Counted from the first letter of the stretch, positions 39,045 to 52,263 are shown. The stretch is 64,000 bases of DNA from Lama guanicoe (GCA_013239625.1 MU054187.1:1931757-1995756), one strand, 5' to 3'. A program made the numbers and translations. The notes: generated by a model not told the origin, from the sequence alone.

Positions 39045-39259
39045 TTATTATATAAAATAGATAAGCAACAAGGTCCTACTGTGGAGCCCAGGGAACTATA
39101 TTCAGTACCTCGCAGCGGCCCGTGATGCAAAAGAATCTGAAAACGAACAGATGTGTGTGTTTGTAAGACTGAACCAGGATGCTGTGCACCAGAAAGCGAC
39201 CCACTGTAAACGGACTAGACTTCAATTTAAAAACTAAATAAATAAAAAATAAAACTAAA
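39045..39259 (+). mobile_element. LINE-1 3' tail
   Basis: 'ataaaatagataagcaacaaggtcctactgtggagcccagggaactatattcag...gacttcaatttaaaaa'. Confidence 0.9.
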
Positions 39260-39992
39260 TGTATTGATAAATCTGTGGTAGCACTGTATTAGAGAGTGTC
39301 CCTCTTTTACTAGTTTGACAGTGACGGTGTACCTTGGACAAGGCCAGAGAAGAACCATACGTCCATTCAGGACGACATCCCTTCTTTCCGGGGTAAATAC
39401 TCCACGTGAGGGATCAGAAGACTGCTGTTTTCCTCCAGCTATTTCTGGAGAGCACCAACGTACATTTAGACTAAGCAGTAAGCTGCAGACAGGGATTTAA
39501 AAACATAAAATAGCTCCTTTATGATGCATTTAAAATAACTTCTTTTAGCATTTAGAATAAAGGAAGAACAGAAGGTGAAGACTTAGTTTACAGCGAGAGC
39601 CATTAAAATAACCTTAGCTGGAAAGAGGGTTTTCCAGAACAGGGATTCATGCACCATAAGAGTTTAAGCGAAGTTTTTAAAAGACTCATGCAGTACAGTT
39701 ATGGCCCATAGACTAACAGATGTGTAATGAATACGTTCAAGGTTTCCATATACGTTAGAAACCTAAAGGTGGTGAAATGTCGCCGAGAAACTAGCTGCAG
39801 ACACACTGATACGACTGCACATTATTTCCTCCAAAATCTTACTCAGATTTTATACTGGTTCAGAGTTTTAGATCTCTAAGTATTGCTCATCATTTTCATG
39901 TAATGTGTATATGTCATATTCACAGATAGAAAAGGAACATATAAACCTAACATAGTAATGGTATTTATGACTTCTAGGTTTTAAATGATTCC

Positions 39993-40342
39993 TAGTATGT
40001 GATATCGCTTACATGTGGAAACTAAAAAGAAGACACAAAGGAGCTTATTGAGAAAACATAAACAGATTCACATAGAAAACAACTTATGGTTACCGGTGGG
40101 GAAGGGATAAATTGGGAGTCCGAGCGTTGCAGATGCTAACTACTCGACATTAAAGAGGTAAATGTGGTTCTTCTGTAGAGCACAGGGAACAAAATTCAAT
40201 ATCCTGTAGCAACCTATAATGAAAAAGAATACGAAAATGAATATATGTATGTTTTATGTATGAGTGAAGCATTGTGCTGGACACCAGAAACGGACACAAC
40301 ATTGTAAACTGACTACACTTCAATCTAAAAAATGGAAAAAAT
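39993..40342 (+). mobile_element. LINE-1 3'UTR
   Basis: 'gatatcgcttacatgtggaaactaaaaa...catagaaaacaacttatggttacc...gtaaactgactacacttcaat'. Confidence 0.92.
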
Positions 40343-41309
40343 TTGTTTGGTTACCTAGTTCCTTTCTTTACATGGCATTTTTTAAGAGGAGATGGTAGCC
40401 AATTCACATAGTTTCCATTGATAAAGTGATTTCTACCTCCGGATACAGCCGAACAGTTCCTTAAAGATCCATTTAAAAAAATCATCTTTGTGTGTATGTG
40501 CATAATTTAACCCGCGTGCGTCACGTAGTACTGTAATCACACACACGGAGTGTCTTGCTGAACGAGTGACCCTGCAGCTGCGGAACGTCCATTGCTGAGT
40601 CCGTAATTTTGGATTCTGACAATAGCTATTGCTGGGTTGATAACTCCCAGGGAGAAAGGACTGTTAGCGATGGTGACGGAGCCAGAGGTGGATGAAAGGG
40701 GCTGGGCCGGCTCACTGATAATAGCCAAGGCGGAAAGTTTAAACCTCTTTATTGCGTAGCTGACCCCAATTACATCTCAAGACAAATAGCACCCTTCACT
40801 CAAACACCTGGTACCAAATGTGGCCACTTCAAATGCCTCCCGCCTGGGAGCCTATTATCATTTAGGGACCAACCGGACAATAGGCATTAATTGCCGCCCT
40901 CGTGTTTGCTAAGCTGGACCTCTGAAATGGAGCAAATTATTTTCTTAAATGCCTCGGTTTATTGAGCATGATTTTTAATAGCACTACCCTTAACTCATGC
41001 TTTGTACAAATTTTTTTTTTAAATGATGCCACAAGCCAAGGTAGGGATTATGCACACAACAGACAGTTCCTGCAAAATGCAGCGTGCTCCTTCGTCACAC
41101 CTGAACGTCCTGGGTACACCCAAATCAAGCAATTTTCCAAAGACGATAAAATCTCCTCCAACACAAGGAAGTGCCACTTGACACGCGCACGGAGCACCTG
41201 AGCATTGGAAGATTACTTCGCGCGAAAGGATGGAAGACATTTTTAATTCAGGGTTTCTGAAAGGAAAGACCCAGGTTGCTGGTCTCGAGTTATGTTTGAC
41301 GTGAATAAC

Positions 41310-41500
41310 TGAACTCTGGGGTCAGACTGGCGGAGGCGGGACTCAGCTTTCGGGGGGCCTGTTACTTGGCCTTCTGTGCTTCGTGTCTCATCTATGAGAC
41401 CAAGTAATGTAGCACCTGTTTCAAACAAGTTAGTAAGTGGGAAGGCCCCGGCACTACGTCTGCGCCACAGGAACAGTCAACGTGCATCTTAATTATTAGG
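41310..41500 (+). mobile_element. MIR (diverged)
   Basis: 'ctctggggtcagactgg...ttacttggccttctgtgcttcgtgtctcatctatga'. Confidence 0.55.
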
Positions 41501-41724
41501 ATTAGAAACAGGAAACTAGCGCAGACTACGGCTCCGTGATTCCTGAGCTGAGCAAAGGCCGTCACTCACCTCTGATGAGCCCCGGAATGAGCTCGGACAG
41601 GGCTGATGTCAAAGTCCTGTATTTATCAGTCAGAGACCTCCTTGCCACCAGACCCCGGACTAAGCCTGTATTTCTGTTCTCCGCATGTTTCTAGTCCCAG
41701 TTCTTTTTAAGACAAGAAACTCCG

Positions 41725-42030
41725 TGCTATGGACTGAATGCTTGTGTCCCCCCAAAATCCCCAAAGTGACTGGCTTTGGAGGTGGGGCCTTTGGAAGGTG
41801 ACTCGGGTTAGTCATGAGGATGGGTCCTCATGACAGCACTGACACCCTTATAAAAAGAGGAAGGGACAGGAAATACCGTTCTCTCTCACATACAAACCAG
41901 ACTGGCCACATGAGGCCATGATGAAAAGATGGCATCTGCCGACCAGGAAGAGCGATCTCATCAGAGACCGCACGTGCGGGCATCTTGATCTTGGACTTCC
42001 CACCTCCAGCGCTGTGGGAAATTAATGTTG
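41725..42030 (+). mobile_element. MaLR LTR, MLT1A-like
   Basis: 'tgctatggactgaatgcttgtgtcccc...ggaggtggggcctttggaaggtga...cttgatcttggacttcccacctccag'. Confidence 0.88.
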
Positions 42031-43555
42031 TGGAGCTGGGACTACAAGGGACGAGAGCGTGGGGACATGGAGGAAGGGACAGGAGAGACAGGAGAGCTCG
42101 TTTCACGGAAACCAAGTATCAGCAAAGAGCAGGAGGGCGTGCAGTGACCTGAGGAGACCCCCTGCTCTCTGTCCTCAGCGTGGTCCCTGCTGCTGCACGT
42201 GTTCACTCCCTCCTTGAAAGATCAGGCCAGGGCTTACCAAACTGGGGTCCACCTTGCCCCTCAGATCTTTTCCTGCCAGTCAGCACCCATCCAGTTTTCT
42301 CCTCCTTCTCATTATGCTCCTTATTTTGATGCTGGCCTGTCTAAGTTCTATCTCAAATGTCCTTGAGCTGATGTGGAAGGGTTTAAACTTCAATCCAAGA
42401 CTTTTTACCAAGAAGCAGTGCAGATAGGATGAGGTGACAAAAGGAATCTCGAATGAGTGCTTGGTCCTTCCTGAAAGCAACAGCAAAAGCCAGGATGACA
42501 TCTCCCAGTTCCCCCAAGCTACAGCGGTGTTAACAGTCGAAGTTAAAGACACCGACAGTAAGAGTCAGGGGAAGCTGGGGCAGGACACGGAGACGAGGAA
42601 CAGCCAGCTCCAGAGCCAGGGGCGCCCATGCGGGAGCACGGGACTGGGGGCTGGCAGGCCGCCCGGGACTTCCCTGAGCGGGGAAAGCCCCCATCCTGGG
42701 GACCCCTCGGTCTTCACATCAGGATTAACTAGAAAACCACTTGTGATCTCACGTGTTTCCACGACGGCGAGGGCTGCTGTCCGACCCTTTCTTTTCCGCC
42801 TCTAGAGAGTAAACGAAAGGCGGAAGCTGTTCATGGCTGTGTTGTTAGAGGAAGAAGCACAATGACTGACTCGCCTTTAAGTCCTCAGGGCGCTGACCTC
42901 GCTGAACGTTTGCTCAATTATTTCCTAGGTCATCATCCTAGCATGGGAAGCAGATGCTCAGATACGAAGCCTGTAACTTCCTCCCGGCCGTGCCTGACCG
43001 AGGGGGTCAGACTTGCTCTCCCACCTGAAACAGCTAGAAGACTGCACAAGCACATGAAATGACCGCGTGCAGGGACTGGACCTCAGGTACACGGGACTGA
43101 GTGATAAGAGAGCGGCACAAACAGGAGGCACTTTCCAAGCGACAGAGCAGCACCTGACGCCTGGCTTCGTGGAGAAGACACAGATCCCGGTCCAGGGTGG
43201 AATTCACAAGGCAGCACTGAAGAAAGGAGAGAGCGCCTCAGATCTGCAGGCTTGCATAAACTCCCCCCAGATCCTCAGCCGCCGCAGACTGACACTCAGC
43301 CGTGCACGCCTTAAAGGAAAGCTCTCGGAAGATTACTGCCTTAGAAACAGGACCAAATGCGCTCTAGACAGAAGGCTGAGCGAGACCCTCCCTATCAAAG
43401 CCGAAACGCAAGCCTTGAAAGCATCCAACTTGTTACACGTTACTGCATTACAGAAGAAACTCAAATACTATTTAAAGGAATACAACAAAACCTGGTACCC
43501 AACATCATTCACAGTGGTCAGTAACGGCCAACATCCAGCCATAATTTGCCAGGCA

Positions 43556-45180
43556 AACCCACAGCTAATGCACACACAACAGTGAAAAGCTGAAAGTTCT
43601 TCCTCTGAGCCCAGGAACAAGACCAGGATGCCCACTCTTCTCACCATACCTATGCAACATGAAAGTCCTAGACAGAACAATTAGGCAAGAAGAAGAAATA
43701 AAAAGGCATCCAGATCAGAAAAGAAGTAAAACTGTCTCTTTTTGCTGATGGCACGATTTTGTATATAGAAAACTTCAGACTACACACACACACAAATTGT
43801 CAGGACCAATAAACAAATTCAATAAAGCTGCAGGAAACAAAATCAACATAAAAAATCAGTTACATTTCTAAACATTAAGAAGGAACTGTTCAAAAAAGAA
43901 ACTAAGAAAAGCATTTCATTTACAAAAGTATCAAAAAGAATAAAATACTTAGGAATAAATTCAACCAAGGAAGTGAAATATTTGTAGGCTGAAAACTATA
44001 CAACATCGATGAAAGAAATTGAAGAAAACTCATATAAATGGAAATACGCCCACGATCACAGACTGGAAAAATTAATATTATTAAGCTGCCCCTGCTACCC
44101 AATGTGGAGTACAAATTCACACAGCTCATACAACTCTACAGCAAAAGTAAATGAATAACCTCATTTTAAAGTGGGCACGTGCTCGGAATAGACATTTTTC
44201 CAAAGAAAACTTACCAACGGCCAACAAGCACATGATAAGATGCTCAGCATCACTAATCATCAGAGAAATGCAAATCAAAACCACAAGGAGATACCCCCTC
44301 ACACCTGTCAGGGTGGCTAATATCAGAAACAAAAGATAAAGGCTTGGCGAGGAGGTGAAGAAAGGGAACCCTTGTGCAGTGTTGGTGGGGATGTAAATTG
44401 GTGCAGCTGCAATGGAAAGCAGCACAGGGGTTCCTCAAAAAACAGGCAGCAGAACTACCGTACAATCCAGCAGCCCCACTGCTGGTTACGTGTTCAAAGG
44501 AGACGAAATCCCTGTCTCAAAGAGACACACGCACTCCCGTGTTCACCGCAGCAGCAGCGTCCTGTGGACTTAGAGCGTGTTCCGCAGGACTCAGGGTGTG
44601 GAAACAACCCAAGTGTCCAGCAGGGAATGATGGATAAAGGAAATGTGATATGTATATGGATAGAGAGAGAGAGACACATATAAAATGGAACCTTATTCAG
44701 CCTTAAAAACAAGTAAATCCTGCCCTTTGCGACAACATGGAGGAACCTGGCGGACTTTGTGCCAAATGAAACAAGCCACACACAGAAGGACAAAGTCTGC
44801 ATGACCTCATTTATATGTGGGATCTAAAGACACGGAGCCCACAGTAACAGAGAAAATGCTGGTCTCCAGAGGCTGGGGGTGGGGGAAATGGGGAGATGCT
44901 GGTCAAGGGTACATTCAGTTATAAGGTGAGTGACTCTGGAGGCCTCTCGCACAGCGTGGGGACCACAGTTAACGATAATATATTGTGCAGCTGGAAGCTG
45001 CTAACAGAGTAGATCTCAAGTGCTCTCACCACGGGGGAGGAAACAAGGCGGCCACACGAGGCGATAGCTGTGTTAACCAGCTTGTTTGCGGTGGGCATTC
45101 CACGACGCACACCTATGTCAAAATATCGCATCATAAACCTTAAATACACACAATCACAGTTCAGCAAAGCAGGGGGAAGA
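43556..45180 (+). mobile_element. LINE-1 (L1MA-like) ORF2 RT region + 3'UTR with an internal deletion near 44125
   Basis: 'aacccacagctaa...ggaacaagaccaggatgcccactc', 'atacttaggaataaattcaacc', translated '[33 protein letters not shown]'; degenerate TSD ttgccaggca/tttccaagca. Confidence 0.93.
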
Positions 45181-45374
45181 GTTTCCAAGCATAAAAGGAA
45201 CCGGGGAAATGCGATCCGTTACTAAGAGATAAACTAAGAACAGATTCAGAAATCCTGGAGATGATGAGATTAGCAGATTGAAATAACTATTTTAAATGTT
45301 TCTTATACTCAAGAATCTAGAGGGAAACAGAACACAATTTAGTGAGAAAGGGAAGATATAAACAGGCCCATATG

Positions 45375-45545
45375 TACCTTTTTGGGGTGGTGAAAATTTC
45401 CTAAAGTTGATTGTGGTACTGTTTACCCAACTCTGAATATGTCCCCTTGGTACCACTGCACAATCATTGACTTGCACACTCTGTGGGGGATGGTACAGTA
45501 CATGAATTGTATATTTCAATAAGGCTCCAGATAAAATGATAGGGC
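45375..45545 (+). mobile_element. L1MB-like 3' tail
   Basis: 'tttttggggtggtgaaaatttcctaaagttgattgtggt...tgaattgtatatttcaataagg'. Confidence 0.7.
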
Positions 45546-46869
45546 TCCCAAAAAAAAAAAAAGGACCCACACAGAACTTCTGGGGATGAAAGGCACCACA
45601 TCTGAAGTGAAAATACACTGACGGCTACAGAGGATGCTCCTGTGATCATTTTTCAGTGCATCATTCTAACCACTAAGTATAAGTCATTGGACCGTCTTTG
45701 TTCATAAACACAAAAGCTCTCCAGTGACGCAGCCAATCAGAGAACACACCGTTAATGATACTTTGAGGCTGGACTGTCCGAGCTATCACTGTGCCAGGAA
45801 ACATACTCCCCCTCCATCTTCAGGGACACAGATGCCATGGAACACGGAGACACACTAGACTATGCATGTCAGAACCCACGGGTTTAATTAAAGTTATGAT
45901 GTGAACAAAGACTGTCCATTAGACAAGAAAAATTTGGTTTTGGCAAGTGATATTTGCATCAATTTGCTTAATTAGATCAGTACTTTTAACACAATTTGTA
46001 AAACATGGGATTAAAGGCCTGAATTTCAAAGGATTTAGCAGAAGCCACAATCAGGGTTTCAAACAAATCATCTGCAAGAAATTGTAGGCTGAAAATAGCA
46101 ATTAGCGGCCCACAGAAAAAAATTTTAATGGAGACCATTTCTATCAATTGGATAACCATGTATAATACAGCTTGGCTTGAATCACTGATAACTTAACCTT
46201 CTTCAGATTTTCCAAAGTGGAAGCAAACTGCCCCTCTTGTTTATTTTAGACCTAGATTTCCAATAAAAATTAATCCCAGGTGCAAAAATATTGCATCATT
46301 TTGGCTTTGACGGCAAAGCCACAGAGAAGGCAGGGTTGGCAAAGTTCAGTCCTGGCCTTGTGTCTCCACTGTCACACTTTACAAAAGCAAACACAGCCCC
46401 TAAAAAAGCCAACACAACCCCCTGATACATGGAATCAGTCAACAGCCGCTGACCCAGTAAATCTACTTGCATTAAAGTTGTCATTCGGGTGTCCATTGAA
46501 AATACACTTTATTTATTATTTCATTAAATAGCTTAATCGATAGCCTTGATCTTTCCTCTTCTTAAAAGAGAAAAGAAATATTTGGGGGAAAAGAATTCCG
46601 TGAAGAAGGTCATTTTTAAACATTTTACTTGAAAATAAAGAATATGCTCTGGCTCATGTCAGCGCTTGTTTCGGGGGTGTTTGGCGGACGGGCACCAGTC
46701 TCACCGCCGCCCAGCAGCTTCTCGCCTCACCCTCCTCCATCCTGATCACAGGTACTCGTAAGACCCCATCATTCTCCCAAGTCCTGAGGTCTCTTCCGAT
46801 TCAGAGAATGAGTGGAAGTGGTAAGTAAGTAAAGTGCGTCTCCATTTTTAAAAGAAAACATCGGGCACA

Positions 46870-47760
46870 CCCGTGCCACCTCCTCCTGCCGCCCCCGGCG
46901 CGCTGTCCCCCAGATCACGGCTCCAAAGGGTCGTCATTATAGACACGGGCGCAGGAGTTCTCTCCCCACAAGTGCAGCGCGTAAACCCGAGGAACTATTC
47001 GTGCAATGAGGAGCCTGAAATCAAAACCCAAACAGACTCGTCTCCCCTGCAGATGAGAACTGGGCTCAGACCTTACGGACAACTCCACTTGCCAGAGCTG
47101 CGCATACGCCCCTGGGGACAGGCCTCACGCCCTCGCAGTGTCCCCGGGGGAGAAGCGGCGCCTGGGGGCTCCGGCTGGCGTCCGCGGGGCGCGGGGACAC
47201 GGGGCCGCCTTGCTCACCCGGGCTCCGGGGACAGCCGGGCCGAGGCTGCTCTGCGGCCGTGGGTCTCATGGGGCCCCGGCGGGCACCTACACACCCTGAT
47301 CCGCTCTGAAGACAACCTTCCAGGCCAGTGCGCATGAGGCACCAACGCACGTGGTAACCGTGTGGAAACACCACGCAGTGAGCGGCATTGACGGTCTTAC
47401 CTGAAATGCGTGCGCGTCTGGCGCCTCGGCCGAGTGGCTCCACGTGAGTCCCTGACGGGCGCTTTTTACCCTCCTACGGCGGGTTCCCACTCTCGGCCCG
47501 CCGCCCCCCCCCGCCCCCCACAGCGGGTCTCCAGTTTCCCCTGTTCCAGGAAATTCCCTTACTCTAAAGCTCCCCCGCCGTCTTGGCTTCGCCCCCTCAG
47601 CCTCAGCCCGAGGCCTCAGCGAGCCCCGCCGGGCCGGCCCGGCGCCCCCGGCGCCCCCGCCTCTGCCCCCCGCCTCTGCCCCCCGGCGGGCTCCACGCGC
47701 AGAAAGCTGCCCGCGCCTCGGCCCGTGAGAAGCCGGCCGAGCCCGTGCACTTCCTCCAAG
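46870..47760. promoter_or_regulatory. CpG island / promoter candidate
   Basis: Dense CpG, GC-box-like C runs 47497-47680, CACGTG at 47441-47446, minus-strand donor CAG|gtaaga at 47401. Confidence 0.75.
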
Positions 47761-47799
47761 CTTTGCAAACTGGCTCCCCGTTTGGAGGGCCCTTACTGG

Positions 47800-48410
47800 T
47801 TCATGTAAGCTTCAGCATCCGTTTTCCTGGGGTCCTCAGGTATCTGCTGGGATGTTCAAATGAAATGAATTTCCTTTGAAACTGCACTGAACGTATAAAT
47901 GAACCTGGGAAAATTAACATCTTTGTCATTATGCGTCATCCGGCTCTTGAGTATCCTATAAATCTCCTTCAGGTCTTTCTAAAATGTTTTAAAACAGGTT
48001 TTACTCTCCCCGGCTAAAGGTACGGTTCATTCTTGGCTAGGTCTTTTTCTATAAACTCTTCAGTTAATTTATCGACACTTTAACTGAAAACACTTCGGTT
48101 CCTTTTCTGCAGGGTTGGCAGCCGCGTGCCATCCGCGCTGGCTTTTACGTGCCCACTCAGTCTGCGAATCCGGCTGAACTTTTTTCCTGAGTTTTCAAAG
48201 GAGATCAAGTGAGCAGCAAATAATGACCATTTTCTCACTTCCTTCCAGTCTTTTAATAGCTTATTTCTTTTCTTGGCCAGAAATTCTGGGAACTTGTTAA
48301 ACAGTCAGAGTAACACAAGGAAGGAGGATGAGAAAGAAAAAAGGAAGAGGAAGCGGAGAAAGAAAAGCTCAGGCTGTTTTCCAGACACTAACCTGAGCAC
48401 TTTGTTTAAA
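47800..48410 (-). mobile_element. Old L1M ORF2 fragment (antisense)
   Basis: 'gcactgaacgtataaatgaacctgggaaaattaacatctttg', 'gcaaataatgaccattttctcacttccttcc'. Confidence 0.65.
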
Positions 48411-48414
48411 TTAA

Positions 48415-48533
48415 GGAGGGTGGGGCTGTGGCGCAGTGGTAGGGTGCGCGCTGATGCATGAAGTCCCGGGTTCAATCCCCAGTACTTCTATTAAAAAATA
48501 AAATCTTAATTTTAATTTTAAAAAATGAATAAA
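48415..48533 (+). mobile_element. tRNA-derived camelid-type SINE
   Basis: A box 'tggcgcagtggtag', B box 'ggttcaatccc', A-rich tail. Confidence 0.85.
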
Positions 48534-48559
48534 CTGACAAGTGTGGTCTTCTGAACCTT

Positions 48560-48650
48560 CTGGTAAGGCACTATTATTCCCCTCTGGAAGGAGAAGAAAA
48601 TAAGGTGCAGAGAATTAAGTAAGCTGCCCCAGGTCTGCAGCTAGCAAGTC
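48560..48650 (-). mobile_element. MIR
   Basis: 'aaggtgcagagaattaagtaagctgccccaggtctgcagctag'. Confidence 0.65.
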
Positions 48651-49859
48651 CCCTCTCTTGGGAAAGAAGACACTGGTGTTCTAGCTCCGACACTGAGGAC
48701 CCCTTGAACTTCTTTATTGAAGGCGGTCTCATTTGAATGTTCTGAATGTAGATTTTTTAAAAAATCTTGTCTTGAGGACTAGTTGGACATAAATTACGGA
48801 AAGCAAAGGAGATGACAATTCTCTATGGCTTTCTAAAATTCCGTTGGTGTTGAAATATACTTTTTGTAATTTGTATTATTGTTCGTGCCGTTTTTCATGC
48901 CTCTGTCCTCCATGACCACAACTGCATGGTCAAAAGTATCAAAGCTTCCTGCCTGTAAGCAACTTTCATCTCTAACACTTTATTCTTAAGTCCAGTTCTT
49001 TCCTGAGTGCTGCCAGCTCACTTTACATTTTCTTCCACTGCTGTATCATCTCGTCTTGCTGAGTGAGGACCAGCAAAGGCACTTTTTATACCACAGAGAG
49101 ACAGCGAGTGTTTACACTGAGCAGCTTTCTTCCCTGTGTATTCTTGAAACGTTTTTGTTATGGAAATGTCTACTTTCCCCCTTTTGGTATCTGTGTCCCT
49201 TGCTAGGTTTTTGTCCAATTTTTATTCATAGTGTATGGGACCCATTACTCCTAGCCAAGCCATTAGTTTTGAGAGCAGGGGGGAAAATGTGTGGAGTATA
49301 CAGGGGGTGAACTCAGGCCACAGGAAGCCTCGGTTCAGAAGGCCGGCTCTGCCTCCTGCCCCACCCCTGCCGTGACAGTGGGACCGCTCACCCGGGGAGC
49401 TTTGCGTGCCCTGAAGATGCTGCCCTCGACTCCCTGCACACGTGCGTGATGTCTGCGCCGGGAACAGTGACCCCAAAGCTGACTGACGCCTGGAAGCCTG
49501 TCCTTCATGAGACACCTTGGGGTTTCTGCCTCCGCCACCTGCCTCTGCTCTGGGCTGTGCCGGGGACTCGGGGATCTTGCAGACACTGGTGTGCCGGCCC
49601 ACGGCGCCCGAGGAAGGAGTCCACCCTTCAGATCTGTGCCACCTCCTGCTGGAAAACCTGGCCTGACGTGAACTTTCAGAAGGAAGTCTCCGCCCCGCGT
49701 GTCCCTTCGTCCTGCCCAAACTTCACTGCACTTGGCAGATATTTTCATTCCTTACGACCTAAGGTGATGAAAAATGAGATTTTTCTTCATTGTTTACAAT
49801 CTCTGTCTTGCTTTTATTAATTTAAGGGCCATAAATATCCTTGCTCTGCTATTTCCAGC

Positions 49860-50475
49860 CAGACGTCTCTAAATATCTACCTATCCACCCATTTTTCTCC
49901 AGGTCTGCTGCTGTCACAGAGTTTAAGCCACCAGCACAGCAGTGGACACTGGCTCCTCTCCCGCCCCCGCCGACCCACAGCCAGAGTGGTCTTTTCTTAA
50001 GATGACAGACTGATGACATCTCAGCTCAATGCCTGTAGCGTGGTCTTGTTCCTGCATAAAACACCACCTCCTCCCACATTTCAGGGCTCCGCCCCTGCCC
50101 CCTGCTCCCCGCACCATGTTCTCCCCATCGCCCTGGACTGACCTCTCTTGTGTCCTCCCTTCAGGCTGAGACAGCCTCCCTGCCCCCTTTCACCTGATGG
50201 ACCCCCCACACACAAGCTTCAGACTTCATCACAAAGGGCGCTTCCTCCAGGAAGCCTACCCTGGACACTTGCTCTCTCATCCCAGTGCACCTTCAGGGCT
50301 GTTCTTAAGCAGCATCTCGGCTCCATAGTACTGCTTGTTTCACGGTCCATTCTCTGGAAGACAGGCAGCTGAGCGAACCTGTCCTGTGACTATTGTGGTA
50401 ATCTTCTGTCCCCAGGGCCCACAGGAGGGACCGGCAAGTTTGAGGAATTAGCAAACATTTACGCAGATGGAACGC
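49860..50475 (+). mobile_element. L2 3' region
   Basis: 'cacagccagagtggtcttttcttaagatg', 'ttcctccaggaagcct', tail 'gcaaacatttacgcagatggaa'. Confidence 0.6.
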
Positions 50476-51935
50476 GCAGGCAATATACCAAGTCCTGAAC
50501 ACAGACGTGGGTGAGGATTGTTTCCCTCCAGGAGCTCCCAGGCCAGTGATACAAATACAGATTATATAATATCTGACAGGAAAATTGTGGGAAAGATCAA
50601 GATGCGTTTACTCTTTAGAGCAGTTGCATCCGATGTGTGTTAATGCCATGAAGGAAAACATTTAAAACGATAGGAAAAAACTGGGAACATGAAATAAATG
50701 TGCTGAATAAACCTAAATAGGAACTTAACGTCTCAGATTAACTTGTGGCAAGAACCACAGCAGCCTGAGACTCTCCAGCCACGGCTGAGGTCCCCACAGG
50801 GACTCCCGCACCCTCTCCTTCCCGGGTACGTGTCCCTCCCGCCTTGGGCAGAGCTGTGTAATGCAAGAACCTTGTTCCTTGTCCCTCCACATCCTGCTAA
50901 TGTATGTGACGTGTTCAGACTATGCTTTGTGGCAAATTTTTGGTGGCTAAGAATCCAGAAACTCACACTCCATCATGGAGGCTTCTTTGGGGGGATTTTG
51001 AAAATGAAGGTCAACCACAGTTAAAGGGGTCCCAGTAAGGTGCCCTCGCCTGTGCCAGACAAAGCGCCTGTGAGAACTGTCCGCCACCCCCATTGTCCGA
51101 GATGCACTCTGAATAATGGGTTCTGCTTTTTGCCAATTTGTTGGCAACCTGCTACCCTGTAAGTTTAGGTTCACTGTTCAGCTCAGAACAGAAACAAAAA
51201 GAGGAACCCAAACATTCAGTTTCAATAACATCTATTTAAGTTGTCCCTGTCACAGTCTCTCACAACTTCCCATAAAATAGCAGCAGGGAAGGAAAAAGGA
51301 CAAGGTAAACGTTTATGCTGTTTCCAAACCCAGTGCCAGGACCCTAGAAGACCTTTCACTGCAAGACTTACTTTCCACTTTCAAACCCAGGTCGGTGGAA
51401 GCACATTGAAAGCACTTGCACACAGCTCAACACAAAGGCTGCTGCACAGAGAGGCTCGCAGGGCGCAGCATGGCCTCCCCAGGACCGCACTCCCGTGGTC
51501 TCCCTGGATCTGCAGCGAGGAAAGCAATTCTCTATGTGTCTATGCAGGGAAAAAATGATTACAAAGAAATACCTACTTTTCAAAGGAAAGAGCTATAACC
51601 CAAACATTATCCTTAGCTGTGTTGTCTCTCATGTGTAACACTAGCAGATAAAGTTCTAAAGGCTTACAACCCAGCAACTCCATGCCTAGATCCACACCCA
51701 AGAGAAATGAAGACACATCCACACAAAAACCTGTACATGAGCGTTCACAGCAGCATTATTCAAAATGGCTGAAAAGTGAAAAACCCAAATGTTTATCCGC
51801 AAGTGAACAGAAAACAAGATACGGTCTTCCCATGTGATAGAATATTATTCAGCCATAAAAAGGAATGGAGTATTCATACATGCTTCAACATGGATGAATC
51901 TTGCAAACATGATGCTCAGTGAAAGCAGTCAGATA

Positions 51936-52067
51936 TAGAAGAACATGAAAACGAATATACGTATGTTCCTCTGTGACTGGAGCACAGCGCCGTGCACCAG
52001 AAATTGACACATCATCGTAAACTGACTACACTTCAATAAAAAATACACAAATTTCAAAAAAATAGAA
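51936..52067 (+). mobile_element. Younger L1 3' tail nested in L1MB
   Basis: 'gtgcaccagaaattgacac...actgactacacttcaataaaaaa'; TSD aaag(c/a)a(g/a)tcagata at 51922-51935 and 52068-52081. Confidence 0.88.
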
Positions 52068-52263
52068 AAAGAAATCAGATAATAAAGGTCATATACTGTG
52101 TAATTCCATTTACACTGAATGTTCAGAACAGGGACATCTACGGGGACAGAAACTAGATTAGAAGCGCTGAGCCTCAGGGGAGGGAAATACAGAGTGACCA
52201 CAAGCAGGTCTGGGGTTTCCTTGGTGGCTACTGGAAATGTCCTGGAGTTAAATAGTATTAGAT

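Larger units (their letters stand above)
43090..45635 (+). mobile_element. Old L1M 5'/ORF1-region fragment interrupted by two younger L1 pieces
   Basis: 'catccagccataatttgccaggca' continues after the insert as 'agcataaaaggaaccggggaaat...gagatgatgagattagcaga...cagaacttctggggatgaaa'. Confidence 0.55.
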
